Shown here in pieces: positions 17,707 to 27,715 of a DNA stretch of 40,000 bases. The notes under the pieces were generated by a model. The model did no database searches, was not told where the DNA came from, and worked only from the letters and a program-made list of their open reading frames with translations. The stretch is from Enterobacteriaceae bacterium UBA7338. GTDB taxonomy: Bacteria; Pseudomonadota; Gammaproteobacteria; Enterobacterales; Enterobacteriaceae. Positions within the stretch are counted from its first letter, which is position 1; each line of letters begins with the position of its first letter. The position numbers were made by a program, and so were the translations under genes. Location of the stretch: positions 205,684 to 245,683 of the forward strand of contig DKPJ01000017.1 in the NCBI GenBank assembly GCA_002480085.1, written 5' to 3'.

Positions 17707-18927
17707 TTAGAGCGCTTGCAGCAGCGTAGCAAGCCGCTGGTTAATGATTTGCTGATTGAACTCGGTTTCGACTTTCTCCCGCGCGCGGGTCACGACCGGG
17801 GCCAGCGCCTCCTGCTGGATAGCGCTCAGTGCCGCCAGCCGGTCCGCCAGCGCCTCGGGATCGTTCTCAGGTACCAGCCAGCCGGACCGATCGGCGTCGA
17901 TCAGCTCGGGAATACCGCTGTGTACGGTTGAGACAACCGGCAGGCCCACCGCCATCGCCTCCATCAGCGCCACCGGGATCCCCTCCATGTCGCCATCCGC
18001 GCCGGTGACCGAAGGCAACAGGAAGAGATCCGCTTCGTCCAGCATCGCCTTAACCTCGTGGCTCGGCTTGAAGCCCGGCATCTCAATCATCTCCTGTAGA
18101 TCGTATTTGGCGATCAGGTCGCGCAGGCGCTGCTCCCACGGCCCGATACCCAGAATGCGGTAGTGAAAATCGATACCTCGCTCCTTGAGCAGACGGCAGG
18201 CCTCAATGGCCACGTGCAGCCCCTTCTTCTCGGTCAGCCGGGCAACGGAGATAATATTTAGCTGGCTTGCCGGGGCCTGTACCGGTCGGCGGGAGAAGCG
18301 TGACATATCCACCCCCATGCGCGAGACGGCAATCTTATGCGCCGGGCAGCCCATATTCATAAGCCGTCCAGCCCACAGCTCGCTGATGGGCAGCATCAGG
18401 TCACCCCGGCGAAAGAGCTGCTGATATTCCGGCGTATAGTGGCTGAGCACCGCCCGGCTGGAGACGTCGATGCCGTGGAATACGGTGGCAATTTTCCCGT
18501 TAAGCACGCCCAGCTCGCGCAGCTTGGCGGCGGTAACGCCCGCCGGGCCAAAGTGGGCAATAAAGACGTCGGCATGAAAGGTGCGTGGCGCGAGGCCACA
18601 CATCGCGGCCAGGATCAGGTTGCGCGCCTCGGCGCCGTAGCGCCCGACGTTCAGCGCCCGCCAGGTTGCGCCCCGCCCTGCCCCGCGCAGCAGCGCCGTA
18701 CCGCGATAGCGCAGCTTCGCCAGCTTGCCCTGCGGCTCGTCCAGCAGCCAGTGAGTCTTCTCCGCCAGCCGATAGTGCTGGAACGCCGCGTGGGTATTGC
18801 TCAAATCCCCTTTATGCATCGCCACGATCTCGACGTCGTAACCCATCTCGATAAAGGCGACGATCTGATCCAGGACAAAGGTTTCAGACGAGAGGGGAAA
18901 CTTGAGCAAAAAGAAGCTGACCTTCAT
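17707..18927 (-). CDS. wcaL: Colanic acid glycosyltransferase WcaL (GT4)
   Basis: 406-aa ORF with the GT4 EX7E region DGDMEGIPVALMEAMAVGLPVVSTVHSGIPEL. Its position and length match E. coli WcaL. It has an ATGA overlap with wcaK. Confidence 0.92.
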   Translation of the reverse strand: MKVSFFLLKFPLSSETFVLDQIVAFIEMGYDVEIVAMHKGDLSNTHAAFQHYRLAEKTHWLLDEPQGKLAKLRYRGTALLRGAGRGATWRALNVGRYGAEARNLILAAMCGLAPRTFHADVFIAHFGPAGVTAAKLRELGVLNGKIATVFHGIDVSSRAVLSHYTPEYQQLFRRGDLMLPISELWAGRLMNMGCPAHKIAVSRMGVDMSRFSRRPVQAPASQLNIISVARLTEKKGLHVAIEACRLLKERGIDFHYRILGIGPWEQRLRDLIAKYDLQEMIEMPGFKPSHEVKAMLDEADLFLLPSVTGADGDMEGIPVALMEAMAVGLPVVSTVHSGIPELIDADRSGWLVPENDPEALADRLAALSAIQQEALAPVVTRAREKVETEFNQQIINQRLATLLQAL

Positions 18928-20201
18928 TTTCCCTCCCGGACGCGTTTCAGCACCGACTCGACCATCTCCATGCCGTGCTGCCTCTCATGGGCCACGGCAT
19001 CGCTGAGGCGCTGACCCAGGGCCGGAAGCTGGCCAAGGGTATCAGCCACCATCGCCTCCAGCGAGCCGTCCAGCAGGTGACGAATATCGATCGCCATCTC
19101 CGGCATCCCCAGCTGCTGCATAATGCCCGCCGACTTGTGCTCGTAGTTGATAGCGATCGCCGGGGTGCCAAAGTTCATTGAGATAATGGCCGAATGCAGG
19201 CGCGTGCCTACGGTCAGATCGCAGGCGGCAAAAATTTTGCCCATCTCAAGGTCGTTCAGCTCATCCATCACCACGTGATAGCGCGAGGGATCGCTGACGT
19301 GCTGGCGCAGGTTGAGCGCCACCATGCGATCGTCTTTGTTGTAGCTGTCGATGCCGGTACAGGTCGAAAGGGCCAGCACCTGATAGCCCGCATCAATAAT
19401 GCGGTTAACTACGCCAGCAAAAGCCAGCTCGTAGGCTTTCTGCGTGGTGCCGAGCCGCTTGTCGAAGGGGGCCAGCTCGCGCAGGGTAATGGCGACCGTC
19501 TTCTCTTTTGCCGCCACGTCGAGCCAGTGGGCCACCGCATAGTTCGGTACGAACGCCTCGTCGTGATCCACCAGCCAGGCGGTATCCACCCCCTGCTCAA
19601 CTTTCGCGGTGGTAATTTGGCTCTGCTCCATCAGCTCGAGGCTGACGCGCTCGCGCAGGATCAGCGCGTCGCAGTGGCCGAAGACGTAGTTCGCCAGCTG
19701 GTTAAACTGGGCGTCCTGGAACGGGCCGACGCTGTGGCCGATCATATAGAGCGGCTTTTTCGCCATAAAGGTGCAGAGAGCATGCTCAAACTGCGGCACG
19801 CCGTAGAGATCGACAAAGAACGAGCCGCCTACCTGGATAATGGCGTCATAGCCTGACAGCAGGCGGACGAAATCGGTAAAGCCCTGGGCGATGGCGATGT
19901 TGCGCAGCTTGCCGCTGTCGGTCACCCGGGAGAGCAGCACCTGATGCTGGTAGCGGCGGCGCAGCACCTTCTTGACCCGCCCCATCACTCCGGCGGCGTT
20001 GTTGTGCTGCTTCATCTGGCTATAGAGTGGATCGCCCATCACCGGACGGTTCAGCAGCCAGGAGGAGCTGACCGGATAGCGGCTCATCACGTCCACCTCG
20101 GCGTCTGGCTCCAGTACGGCTATCGCGTCCAGCAGCCCGCGCAGGATGGCGCTGTCGCCACGGTTCCCGCAGGTATGGTTGCCCAGAATTAATAGTTTCA
20201 T
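18924..20201 (-). CDS. wcaK: Colanic acid pyruvyl transferase WcaK
   Basis: 425-aa ORF with the N-terminus MKLLILGNHTCGNRGDSAIL, typical of polysaccharide pyruvyl transferases. Synteny and length match E. coli WcaK. Confidence 0.9.
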   Translation of the reverse strand: MKLLILGNHTCGNRGDSAILRGLLDAIAVLEPDAEVDVMSRYPVSSSWLLNRPVMGDPLYSQMKQHNNAAGVMGRVKKVLRRRYQHQVLLSRVTDSGKLRNIAIAQGFTDFVRLLSGYDAIIQVGGSFFVDLYGVPQFEHALCTFMAKKPLYMIGHSVGPFQDAQFNQLANYVFGHCDALILRERVSLELMEQSQITTAKVEQGVDTAWLVDHDEAFVPNYAVAHWLDVAAKEKTVAITLRELAPFDKRLGTTQKAYELAFAGVVNRIIDAGYQVLALSTCTGIDSYNKDDRMVALNLRQHVSDPSRYHVVMDELNDLEMGKIFAACDLTVGTRLHSAIISMNFGTPAIAINYEHKSAGIMQQLGMPEMAIDIRHLLDGSLEAMVADTLGQLPALGQRLSDAVAHERQHGMEMVESVLKRVREGK

Positions 20202-20226
20202 AGTGACCTCAATAAACGAAATTGGA

Positions 20227-21705
20227 TTAACCTGCCCGCAGGAGCGTTCTTATTTTTTCATTGCGGCACAGCTGGCGTTTGATCTCCACCACCAGCGCGT
20301 TACGCGACAGCGCGAGGGTGATCGCAAACGTCAGCGCGCCCGCGGCAATCTGGACGATCAGCAGGGTCACCAGCGGCAGATGGCCGCTCAGCGCCACTCC
20401 CAGCCCATAGCTCACCGCCAGCATCGGCAGCGACAGGTAGAACGGCAGCCAGAGGCTAAGCACGTACTGGCGGTAGCTCGGGCCGAGCACCGGCCTGATC
20501 ATCACGAAATAGCTGAGAACGGTATTGATAATCTGCACCAGCAGGAAGCCGAGGGTGACCCCCAGCGCTCCCGCCAGCTGGCCGCCGATAATGATGGCGG
20601 GCACAAAGAGCGCGGTTTTGAACAGATTAAATTTAAAGCTGATATCGACCCGCGCCTTGGCCATCAGCAGGGAGCCAATCGGGTTCCCCACGGCGCGCAG
20701 CAGGCCGACGATGCACAGCAGCTGCAGGATCGGGATAATCCCGCGCCACTTTTCGCCAAACACCAGCGGGACCATATTATTGGCGACCACCATCAGGCCC
20801 AGCAGCACCGGGAAGTTGATGATCCCCACCGCCGACAGCAGCTTGTAGAAGTTCAGCCGCAGCTTGGCCGTATCGTCCTGAATTTTGGCGAACGCCGGGA
20901 ACAGGACGCGGGTGATGATGGGGTTAAGCTTCATCGGCGGCACCACCGCCACGTTGTAGGCGAGGTTATAGCCCCCGGCTACGCTGGCCCCGAGAATGCG
21001 CGCCAGCACCAGCGTGGAGAGATTGGTATTGATGTAGTTGATGACGCTGTCCGCCGTCAGCCAGGCGCCAAAACGCAGGTTGGCGCTGACCGAGGCGAGG
21101 GAGAAGTGCAGGCCCGGACGGTAGATTTTGCGGCCGAAGAAGCCAAACAGCAGGGTGCGCACGGCGGTGTTAACCAGGTAGCCGACAATGGCGGTCATCG
21201 CCAGCGGCCAGAACCACGCCCCAATCACCGTCACGCTGAACCCCGCCACCACGGAGAGCGTTTCAATTGCGCCAATTTTGCCAAACTCCAACTCTTTTTG
21301 CATCAGAGCGCGGAACTGCTGGCCGTGGGGGATCACCACAAAGGCCAGCGACAACGTTTTGATCAGCGGCGCAATGTCCGGGTTGTGCAGTACCCCGGCC
21401 AGGGTATCGCTCAGGAGGAACATCGCTACGCAGACCAGCAGTCCCAGCCCGACGTTCAGCCAGTAGAGGGTGGTCAGCTCCAGCTGGCTTATCTCTTTGC
21501 GCTGGATAATCGAGTTGGCGATGCCGAAATCCGACAGCGTATCGGCCAGGGCGATAATGGTCAGCGCCACGGTCAGCAGGCCAAACTGGTGGCTGTCGAT
21601 AATGCGCGCCAGCCAGGTCATCTGCACCAGCCCGAGGCCAATGATGGTGACGGTGGCCATTGCCGACCATTTGGCCCCGCTCAGGGTTTTTTCTCTCAGG
21701 CTCAC
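20227..21705 (-). CDS. wzxC: Colanic acid repeat-unit flippase WzxC (MOP/PST family)
   Basis: 492-aa polytopic membrane ORF, the same length as E. coli WzxC, lying between wcaJ and wcaK. Confidence 0.92.
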   Translation of the reverse strand: MSLREKTLSGAKWSAMATVTIIGLGLVQMTWLARIIDSHQFGLLTVALTIIALADTLSDFGIANSIIQRKEISQLELTTLYWLNVGLGLLVCVAMFLLSDTLAGVLHNPDIAPLIKTLSLAFVVIPHGQQFRALMQKELEFGKIGAIETLSVVAGFSVTVIGAWFWPLAMTAIVGYLVNTAVRTLLFGFFGRKIYRPGLHFSLASVSANLRFGAWLTADSVINYINTNLSTLVLARILGASVAGGYNLAYNVAVVPPMKLNPIITRVLFPAFAKIQDDTAKLRLNFYKLLSAVGIINFPVLLGLMVVANNMVPLVFGEKWRGIIPILQLLCIVGLLRAVGNPIGSLLMAKARVDISFKFNLFKTALFVPAIIIGGQLAGALGVTLGFLLVQIINTVLSYFVMIRPVLGPSYRQYVLSLWLPFYLSLPMLAVSYGLGVALSGHLPLVTLLIVQIAAGALTFAITLALSRNALVVEIKRQLCRNEKIRTLLRAG

Positions 21706-21716
21706 AGGGTACTCAC

Positions 21717-23111
21717 TCAGTAGGCCGCTTTGTTAACAAAGCCTTTGAAAATGGTCAGGAAAACGATCTTGATATCGAACCACAGGCTCCATTCGCGAAT
21801 ATACTCGAGGTCGAACTCGATCCGTTTTTCCATCTTCTCCAGGGTATCGGTCTCGCCGCGCCAGCCGTTGATCTGCGCCCAGCCGGTAATGCCCGGCTTG
21901 ACCTTATGGCGCAGCATGTAGCCCTGGATCAGCGTCCGGTACTGCTCGTTATGCGCCACGGCGTGCGGGCGCGGGCCAACGATCGACATGCCACCGGTCA
22001 GAACGTTAATAAACTGCGGCAGCTCGTCGAGCGAGGTGCGGCGCAGGAAGTTACCGACGCGGGTGACGCGGGGATCGTTCTGCGTCGCCTGGGTGACCAC
22101 GCTGTCGTTCTCCATCACCTTCATGGAGCGGAACTTCCACACCATGATCGGCTTACCGTCCATGCCGTAGCGGGTCTGGCGGAAGATCACCGGACCCGGC
22201 GAGGTGAGCTTCACGGCGGCGGCGATGCTGAGCAGCACCGGAGAGATCATCAGCAGGATCAGCGACGACAGCACGATGTCCTCAATGCGCTTCAGCACCC
22301 GGTTCAGGCCAGAGAGCGGCGTATCATACAGCGGCACCACCGGAATGCCGTTCATCTCCTCAATACGCGAGTGCAGGATGTTAAAGGTAAAGACGTCGGG
22401 GATCAGGATCACCGAGCAGGTGGTATCCGCCAGTTCGTTCACCAGCTTTTTAATGCTGGCGGCATCGTTCATCGACATGGCAATATAGACGTTATGAATT
22501 TTGGCTGCCTTGGCATCCTCAATCAGCTGCTCAATAGTGCCCGCCCAGTCCGCCGAGACGCCCTCGGGACTCACGTCGTGATAGACGCCCACCACCTCGA
22601 AGCCCAGCCACGGCTCATTGCGGAAGCTCTCCAGCAGCATCTGGCCCACCGGCAGATCCCCCGCGATGGCGACCCGGCGGGTGTTATACCCGCGGTTGCG
22701 CAGCCAGCCCGCGCCGAAGCGGATCAGCGAGCGGCAGACCACCAGACCGATGCTGCTCAGCACGTACCAGGCGAAAAACAGCGAGAAGTCGTCATTAAAA
22801 TCAGAATTGAAAGCCATCAGCCCGGCGCTGAAGATCAGGCTCAGGGTCCAGTTTTGCAGCAGCAGCACCAGCTCGGTGGAGATTTTCACCCCGCGCCACG
22901 AGCGGTAGAAGTCGGTCATGCCGCCAATCATCTGGAAAACCACCAGCGCCATCAGCGCCATCAGCAGATGCAGATAGAAAAAGGGTAAGGCGTATGCCTT
23001 ACAGACCACCCAAAGCCCACCAAACAGGATGGTGATGTCCGAAAATCGCTGCACCATAGAGATTAACGATGCATTCGTTTTGGCTCGCTCGCGCTTTTTT
23101 AAGTTTGTCAT
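21717..23111 (-). CDS. wcaJ: Undecaprenyl-phosphate glucose-1-phosphate transferase WcaJ (the initiating PHPT)
   Basis: 464-aa ORF with an N-terminal TM block and a C-terminal sugar-transferase domain (SLDELPQFINVLTGGMSIVGPRPH, KPGITGWAQINGWRGETD). Length and position match E. coli WcaJ. Confidence 0.95.
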   Translation of the reverse strand: MTNLKKRERAKTNASLISMVQRFSDITILFGGLWVVCKAYALPFFYLHLLMALMALVVFQMIGGMTDFYRSWRGVKISTELVLLLQNWTLSLIFSAGLMAFNSDFNDDFSLFFAWYVLSSIGLVVCRSLIRFGAGWLRNRGYNTRRVAIAGDLPVGQMLLESFRNEPWLGFEVVGVYHDVSPEGVSADWAGTIEQLIEDAKAAKIHNVYIAMSMNDAASIKKLVNELADTTCSVILIPDVFTFNILHSRIEEMNGIPVVPLYDTPLSGLNRVLKRIEDIVLSSLILLMISPVLLSIAAAVKLTSPGPVIFRQTRYGMDGKPIMVWKFRSMKVMENDSVVTQATQNDPRVTRVGNFLRRTSLDELPQFINVLTGGMSIVGPRPHAVAHNEQYRTLIQGYMLRHKVKPGITGWAQINGWRGETDTLEKMEKRIEFDLEYIREWSLWFDIKIVFLTIFKGFVNKAAY

Positions 23112-23131
23112 CGTTGTTCCTGTTCATTAAT

Positions 23132-23151
23132 GCCCTCTCCGAAGAGAGGGC
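23132..23151 (-). other. Intercistronic stem-loop between cpsG and wcaJ (8-bp GC-rich stem, UUCG tetraloop on the mRNA)
   Basis: The minus-strand RNA reads GCCCUCUC-UUCG-GAGAGGGC, a perfect inverted repeat. It lies 10 nt after the cpsG stop and 20 nt before the wcaJ ATG, with no following U run. Confidence 0.6.
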
Positions 23152-23161
23152 TCGCAACCGG

Positions 23162-24532
23162 CTACCTGTCGAGCAGTGCCAGAATTTCCCGCGTCTTCGC
23201 CTCCATCAGCGAGGGGTCGCCGCACGACTCGACGTTGAGGCGCACCACCGGCTCGGTGTTGGAGGAGCGCAGGTTAAAGCGCCACGTCGGGAAGGCGACG
23301 CTGAGGCCGTCGGTACGGTCAACCTCCTGCGCCCCGCTGGCAAAGTGCTGCTCCACGCGGGCGATCGCCTGCGCCGGTTCACTGAGGGTACGGTTGATCT
23401 CGCCGCTGGCCGGAAACGCCGCCATGCGGTCACGCACCAGCGCCGACAGCGGCTGGCCGGAGAGGCACAGCAGCTCGGTGACCAGCAGCCAGGGGATCAT
23501 GCCGCTGTCGCAGTAGGCGAAGTCACGGAAGTAGTGGTGGGCGCTCATCTCGCCGCCGTAGATGGCATCCTCGGCGCGCATTCGCTCTTTGATAAAGGCG
23601 TGGCCGGTTTTCGACATCACCGGCGTGCCACCGGCCTGGGTCACCACGTCCACGGTGTTCCAGGAGAGGCGCGGATCGTGGATGATTTTCGCCCCAGGGT
23701 GCTTCTCCAGGAACGCCTGGGCCAGCAGGCCAACGATGTAGTAGCCCTCAATAAACTGGCCGTCGCCGTCGAACAGGAAGCAGCGGTCAAAGTCGCCGTC
23801 GAAGGCGATGCCCATATCGGCACGGTGCGCAATCACCGCATCGCGGGTGCTGTCCCGGCACTCCGGCAGCAGCGGGTTGGGAATACCGTTCGGGAAGTTG
23901 CCGTCCGGGGTGTTGTGCACTTTGATAAAGGTCACCGGCACCTTCAGCGCCTGGAAACGCGCCTCGATGGCGTCGATCACCGGCCCCGCCGCGCCGTTGC
24001 CGGAGTTGATCACCAGCGTCAACGGCTTGAGATTCGCTACGTCGATATAGCCCAGCAGGTGGTCGATATAGACGTCGCGCAGGTCGATCTGCTTATAGCT
24101 GCCGCGCTTCGCCGGATTCACCGGCGGGAAGTCGTTGGTCTCTGCCAGGCGCTGGACGTCACGCAGGCCGGTATCGCCGCTGATGGGGCGTGCGCCCTTG
24201 CGCACCAGCTTCATGCCGTTGTAGTCCATCGGGTTGTGGCTGGCGGTCACTTCGATACCGCCGTCGATGCCGAGATGGAAGGTGGCGAAGTAGATCTCCT
24301 CCGTGCCGCACAGGCCAAGGTCGAGCACGTCCACCCCGGCGTCCTGCAGCCCCTTCGCCAGGGCCAGCTTCAGCGCCTCGCTGGTCAGGCGCACGTCGCC
24401 CCCCAGCACAATGGTCTGCGGCTTGAGGTATTCGCCATAGGCACGGCCAATGCGCCAGGCGATCTCTTCATTCAGCTCTGTGCCCAGCCTGCCGCGAATA
24501 TCGTAGGCTTTAAAACAGGTTAATTTTTCCAT
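23162..24532 (-). CDS. cpsG: Phosphomannomutase
   Basis: I prefer the ATG at 24532 ([14 protein letters not shown]..., 456 aa, GGAGG 5 nt upstream) over the track start at 24544. It has the phospho-Ser loop [13 protein letters not shown] and the Mg site FDGDFDRC. It is colinear with E. coli CpsG (456 aa). Confidence 0.95.
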   Translation of the reverse strand: MEKLTCFKAYDIRGRLGTELNEEIAWRIGRAYGEYLKPQTIVLGGDVRLTSEALKLALAKGLQDAGVDVLDLGLCGTEEIYFATFHLGIDGGIEVTASHNPMDYNGMKLVRKGARPISGDTGLRDVQRLAETNDFPPVNPAKRGSYKQIDLRDVYIDHLLGYIDVANLKPLTLVINSGNGAAGPVIDAIEARFQALKVPVTFIKVHNTPDGNFPNGIPNPLLPECRDSTRDAVIAHRADMGIAFDGDFDRCFLFDGDGQFIEGYYIVGLLAQAFLEKHPGAKIIHDPRLSWNTVDVVTQAGGTPVMSKTGHAFIKERMRAEDAIYGGEMSAHHYFRDFAYCDSGMIPWLLVTELLCLSGQPLSALVRDRMAAFPASGEINRTLSEPAQAIARVEQHFASGAQEVDRTDGLSVAFPTWRFNLRSSNTEPVVRLNVESCGDPSLMEAKTREILALLDR

Positions 24533-24546
24533 AATGACCTCCATAG

Positions 24547-24572
24547 GCCCGGCAGGCGCAGCGCCGCCGGGC
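24547..24572 (-). other. GC-rich intercistronic hairpin between cpsB and cpsG, abutting the cpsG Shine-Dalgarno
   Basis: Inverted repeat GCCCGGC (24547-24553) / GCCGGGC (24566-24572) with a 12-nt GC-rich loop. On the mRNA it ends 4 nt before the GGAGG of cpsG. Confidence 0.5.
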
Positions 24573-24586
24573 AGAGTTAATGCGTA

Positions 24587-26023
24587 TTAAACTCGCCCGT
24601 AGCGGTCTTCAAAGCGCACCACGTCGTCCTCTTCGAGATAGCCGCCGGAGCGCACCTCAATCAGATCCAGCGGGATCTTGCCGGGGTTCTCCAGGCAGTG
24701 GGTCGCTCCAAGGGGGATGTAGACCGACTCGTTTTCGCCGATCAGGCGGATCTCGTCGTTGATGGTCACCTTCGCCGTGCCCGCCACCACGATCCAGTGC
24801 TCGGCCCGGTGGTGGTGCATCTGCAACGACAGCCCCTCTCCCGGCTTAACGGTGATGCGTTTCACCTGGTAGCGATCGCCGGAGTCGATGGAGTCATATT
24901 TGCCCCACGGACGGTAAACTTCGCGATGGATATGGTGCTCGTGGCGGCCGTCGGCTTTGATCTGCTCAACCACCTTTTTGACGTCCTGCACCGCGTTGCG
25001 GTCGGCGATCAGCACCGCATCCTTGGTCTGAACAACCACCAGATCCTTTACCCCGACGGTGGTCACCAGCCCCGACTCTGCGTAGACGTAGCTATTTTCG
25101 GTTTTGTGGCTGATGACGTCGCCGTGATGAACGTTTCCCTCCGGCGTATGGGGGCTGATCTCCCACAGGGAGGACCAGGAGCCAACGTCGCTCCAGCCTG
25201 CGTCCATCGGCACCACTACCGCATCGGCGGTCTTCTCCATCACCGCGTAGTCCACCGACTCCTCCGGACAGGCGAGGAACGCCTCTTCATCGACGCGGAT
25301 AAAGTCGAGATCCGGATCGAGGGTGCGCATGGCGTTTTCACAGGCTTCGAGAATGTCCGGGCGGAAGCGCTTTAGCTCCTCGAGGTAGCGTCCGGCGCGG
25401 AACAGGAACATGCCGCTGTTCCAGTAGTATTCGCCGCTGGCAACGTAGGCCTGCGCCGTTTCCAGATTGGGTTTTTCGACAAACTGCGCCACTTCGAAGG
25501 CCACGGCATCGATCCCGCCCTGGCTCACCTCGCCGCGGCGGATATAGCCGTAGCCAGTCTCAGGCAGATCCGGCACGATGCCGAAGGTCACCAGCTTGCC
25601 GCTTTCGGCATAGGGCATTGCCGCCCGCACCGCGTCGCGGAACGCCTCTTCCTGCTGGATCACGTGATCGGCAGCGAGCACCAGCAGAAGCGGATCCGCC
25701 TCCGGGCTGTTGCGCTTTGCGGCCAGCGCCGCGAGGGCGATAGCGGGCGCGGTGTTGCGTCCGGCCGGTTCGAGAATGATGTTTTCGGTCAGCTTGTTGA
25801 GCTGACGCAGCTGCTCGGCAACGATAAAGCGGTGCTCTTCGTTGCAGATAACCACCGGGCTTTCGCACTCGACGCCGTTCAGGCGGTTAATCGTCGCCTG
25901 TAACATCGTCAGCTCGCCCTTCAGGCAGAGAAACTGTTTGGGGTAGAGCACGCGGGAGAGCGGCCACAGGCGGCTACCCGAGCCGCCAGCCATGACTACC
26001 GGAAAAAGGGTTGTTTGATTCAT
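24587..26023 (-). CDS. cpsB: Mannose-1-phosphate guanylyltransferase (GDP-mannose pyrophosphorylase)
   Basis: 478-aa ORF with [16 protein letters not shown] (nucleotidyltransferase) and the C-terminal cupin [20 protein letters not shown]. The length matches E. coli CpsB/ManC. Confidence 0.95.
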   Translation of the reverse strand: MNQTTLFPVVMAGGSGSRLWPLSRVLYPKQFLCLKGELTMLQATINRLNGVECESPVVICNEEHRFIVAEQLRQLNKLTENIILEPAGRNTAPAIALAALAAKRNSPEADPLLLVLAADHVIQQEEAFRDAVRAAMPYAESGKLVTFGIVPDLPETGYGYIRRGEVSQGGIDAVAFEVAQFVEKPNLETAQAYVASGEYYWNSGMFLFRAGRYLEELKRFRPDILEACENAMRTLDPDLDFIRVDEEAFLACPEESVDYAVMEKTADAVVVPMDAGWSDVGSWSSLWEISPHTPEGNVHHGDVISHKTENSYVYAESGLVTTVGVKDLVVVQTKDAVLIADRNAVQDVKKVVEQIKADGRHEHHIHREVYRPWGKYDSIDSGDRYQVKRITVKPGEGLSLQMHHHRAEHWIVVAGTAKVTINDEIRLIGENESVYIPLGATHCLENPGKIPLDLIEVRSGGYLEEDDVVRFEDRYGRV

Positions 26024-26025
26024 GA

Positions 26026-27243
26026 TTATCCCTGGATATCGGCAATAAATTGGCTTAACACGCTCTCTTTCTCGAGCGTGCGTTCGGCATATTCACGTGC
26101 CACCGTGTTATTTTTAGGCAGGGCGAGCGCCTGCTCGATCCCGAGTATCAGCGCCTCTACCGACTCCGGCTCCACGCAGACGGCAATGCCCGGGAACGCG
26201 GTACAGAGCTGACCCAGTTCGGTATCCGCTTCAGCAGTAATCACCGCGTTACCGCCCACCGCCAGAATGTTCGTTAGCTTGGAGGGCAGCACCGCGTCCG
26301 CCGCGCCGCGCTTCTGGATCACCAGATGGCAGTCGCCCATCTTCAGCAGGGCGGGCAGCGCCTCGTAGGGCTGTAGCGGGAAGAATTTGATGTTGTCCAG
26401 CCCACGCTCGCGGGCCAGCTTTTCCAGCCGCACCTTGCCGCCGCCATGGCCGACAATCACAAACAGCATCGGCTCGGCGCGCAGACGCGCTGCGGCCTCA
26501 ATCACGCTCTCCAGGCCCTGCTTCTCGCTGATGTTGCCGGAGTAGAGAACGATTCTTTTGTCATTCGGCAGGCCAAGAGAGGTACGCAGCTGGGCTACCT
26601 CGCTCTCGCTGACGTCGCGAAAGCGCGCCACTTCCGACCAGTTGGGGAAGAAGATGACCCGCTCTTCGGCGACGCCCTTCTCCCGGGCTTTGTTCATCAT
26701 CGATCGGGAAATGGTAGAGACGTTATCCACCCCAAGCAGGCCGCGGCGCTCAAAGGCGGTGGCCATCTTCGCCAGCTTGCCGCCTTTACCCGCCATTCCC
26801 AGGCCGAGCATGGCATCCACCTCGTAGTCCTGAATATGCAGCAGCGTACGTGCCCCGGAGAGCTTCGCCAGCAGGCGCATCCCCGGCGTACAGAACAGCG
26901 TCGGCACGACGCCAATGATGCGATCCGGCTTCCAGCGGCGCTGGGCCAGCAGCGGAAAGAAGCTGCTTAGAGCAAAGCTGCCGAGGTGTACCAGACGCTT
27001 GAGAGTCGAGAGCTGCTTCGGTACATAGAGCGGGCAGCGCCAGACGGTGGCCGCCCCCTCCTCCCGACGATAGCGCCAGGCCGAGTAGCGTTCGCCTACC
27101 TTCCACTCCGGATAGTAGGGCGGCGCGGTGATAACCCGCACGTCGTGGCCCTGGCGAGCCATCCACTCCACCATCTCGCCGGTATACTTGCCGATGCCGG
27201 TAAGCTCCGGCGAGTAGTTGATGCCGTACACGAGGATCTTCAT
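26026..27243 (-). CDS. wcaI: Colanic acid glycosyltransferase WcaI
   Basis: 405-aa ORF beginning [24 protein letters not shown], typical of WcaI-type GT-B enzymes. It lies between gmm and cpsB as in E. coli and has an ATGA overlap with gmm. Confidence 0.92.
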   Translation of the reverse strand: MKILVYGINYSPELTGIGKYTGEMVEWMARQGHDVRVITAPPYYPEWKVGERYSAWRYRREEGAATVWRCPLYVPKQLSTLKRLVHLGSFALSSFFPLLAQRRWKPDRIIGVVPTLFCTPGMRLLAKLSGARTLLHIQDYEVDAMLGLGMAGKGGKLAKMATAFERRGLLGVDNVSTISRSMMNKAREKGVAEERVIFFPNWSEVARFRDVSESEVAQLRTSLGLPNDKRIVLYSGNISEKQGLESVIEAAARLRAEPMLFVIVGHGGGKVRLEKLARERGLDNIKFFPLQPYEALPALLKMGDCHLVIQKRGAADAVLPSKLTNILAVGGNAVITAEADTELGQLCTAFPGIAVCVEPESVEALILGIEQALALPKNNTVAREYAERTLEKESVLSQFIADIQG

Positions 27244-27713
27244 ATGCCAACCGCCTGACGATCGGCGAGAAAGTACGCCCGGCTGTTGTCGTGCACCTTC
27301 TCTTCCGCGATCAGCGCCTCTGGCGTCAGCCAGCGGTACGCCTCGTGCTGCGCATCCGGCAGGGCCAGATCCGCCTGGTTTACCTTCAGGCGGAAGCCGA
27401 GCACGATGTAGTGGGTGCTGAAGTCAGTCCCGGAGAAGCTGTCGTCATAGAAGTGCTGCCAGACGCCGTAAAACTCCCCCGCCGCCAGCGGCAGGCAGAG
27501 ACCAAGCTCGCCCAGCGTCAGACGCTCAAACGCCTGGGCCAGCGGCTCATCCTTCTGCACGCGCCCGCCGGGCACAAACCAGAAGCCCTGCGCCGGGCGA
27601 TTGGTCCGCTTGCCCAGCAGAAACTCGCCATCCGCGTTCTCGACGATCAGATCGATGGAGATCAGCGGCGTGGAGCGCACCACGGTGGCAAAATCTTCCT
27701 GACTTAAAAACAT
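27240..27713 (-). CDS. gmm: GDP-mannose mannosyl hydrolase (Nudix)
   Basis: 157-aa ORF beginning [26 protein letters not shown]...[36 protein letters not shown] (Nudix box). It is colinear with E. coli Gmm/WcaH. Confidence 0.93.
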   Translation of the reverse strand: MFLSQEDFATVVRSTPLISIDLIVENADGEFLLGKRTNRPAQGFWFVPGGRVQKDEPLAQAFERLTLGELGLCLPLAAGEFYGVWQHFYDDSFSGTDFSTHYIVLGFRLKVNQADLALPDAQHEAYRWLTPEALIAEEKVHDNSRAYFLADRQAVGI

Positions 27714-27715
27714 GC

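Noticed and set aside
20146-21723. A 525-aa + strand ORF spanning the whole of wzxC in antisense
   Set aside because: It is exactly coextensive with a well-supported minus-strand gene. Its translation is low-complexity and rich in Q/H/R/D/G, with no recognisable motif. Long stop-free antisense frames are expected opposite GC-rich genes with strong codon bias. It is a shadow ORF.
21660-24523. 442-aa (21660..22988) and 484-aa (23069..24523) + strand ORFs opposite wcaJ and cpsG
   Set aside because: The reasoning is the same. They are antisense to genes with unambiguous homology (PHPT and phosphomannomutase motifs), their products are R/H/Q/A-rich with no motifs, and no ribosome-binding context is evident.
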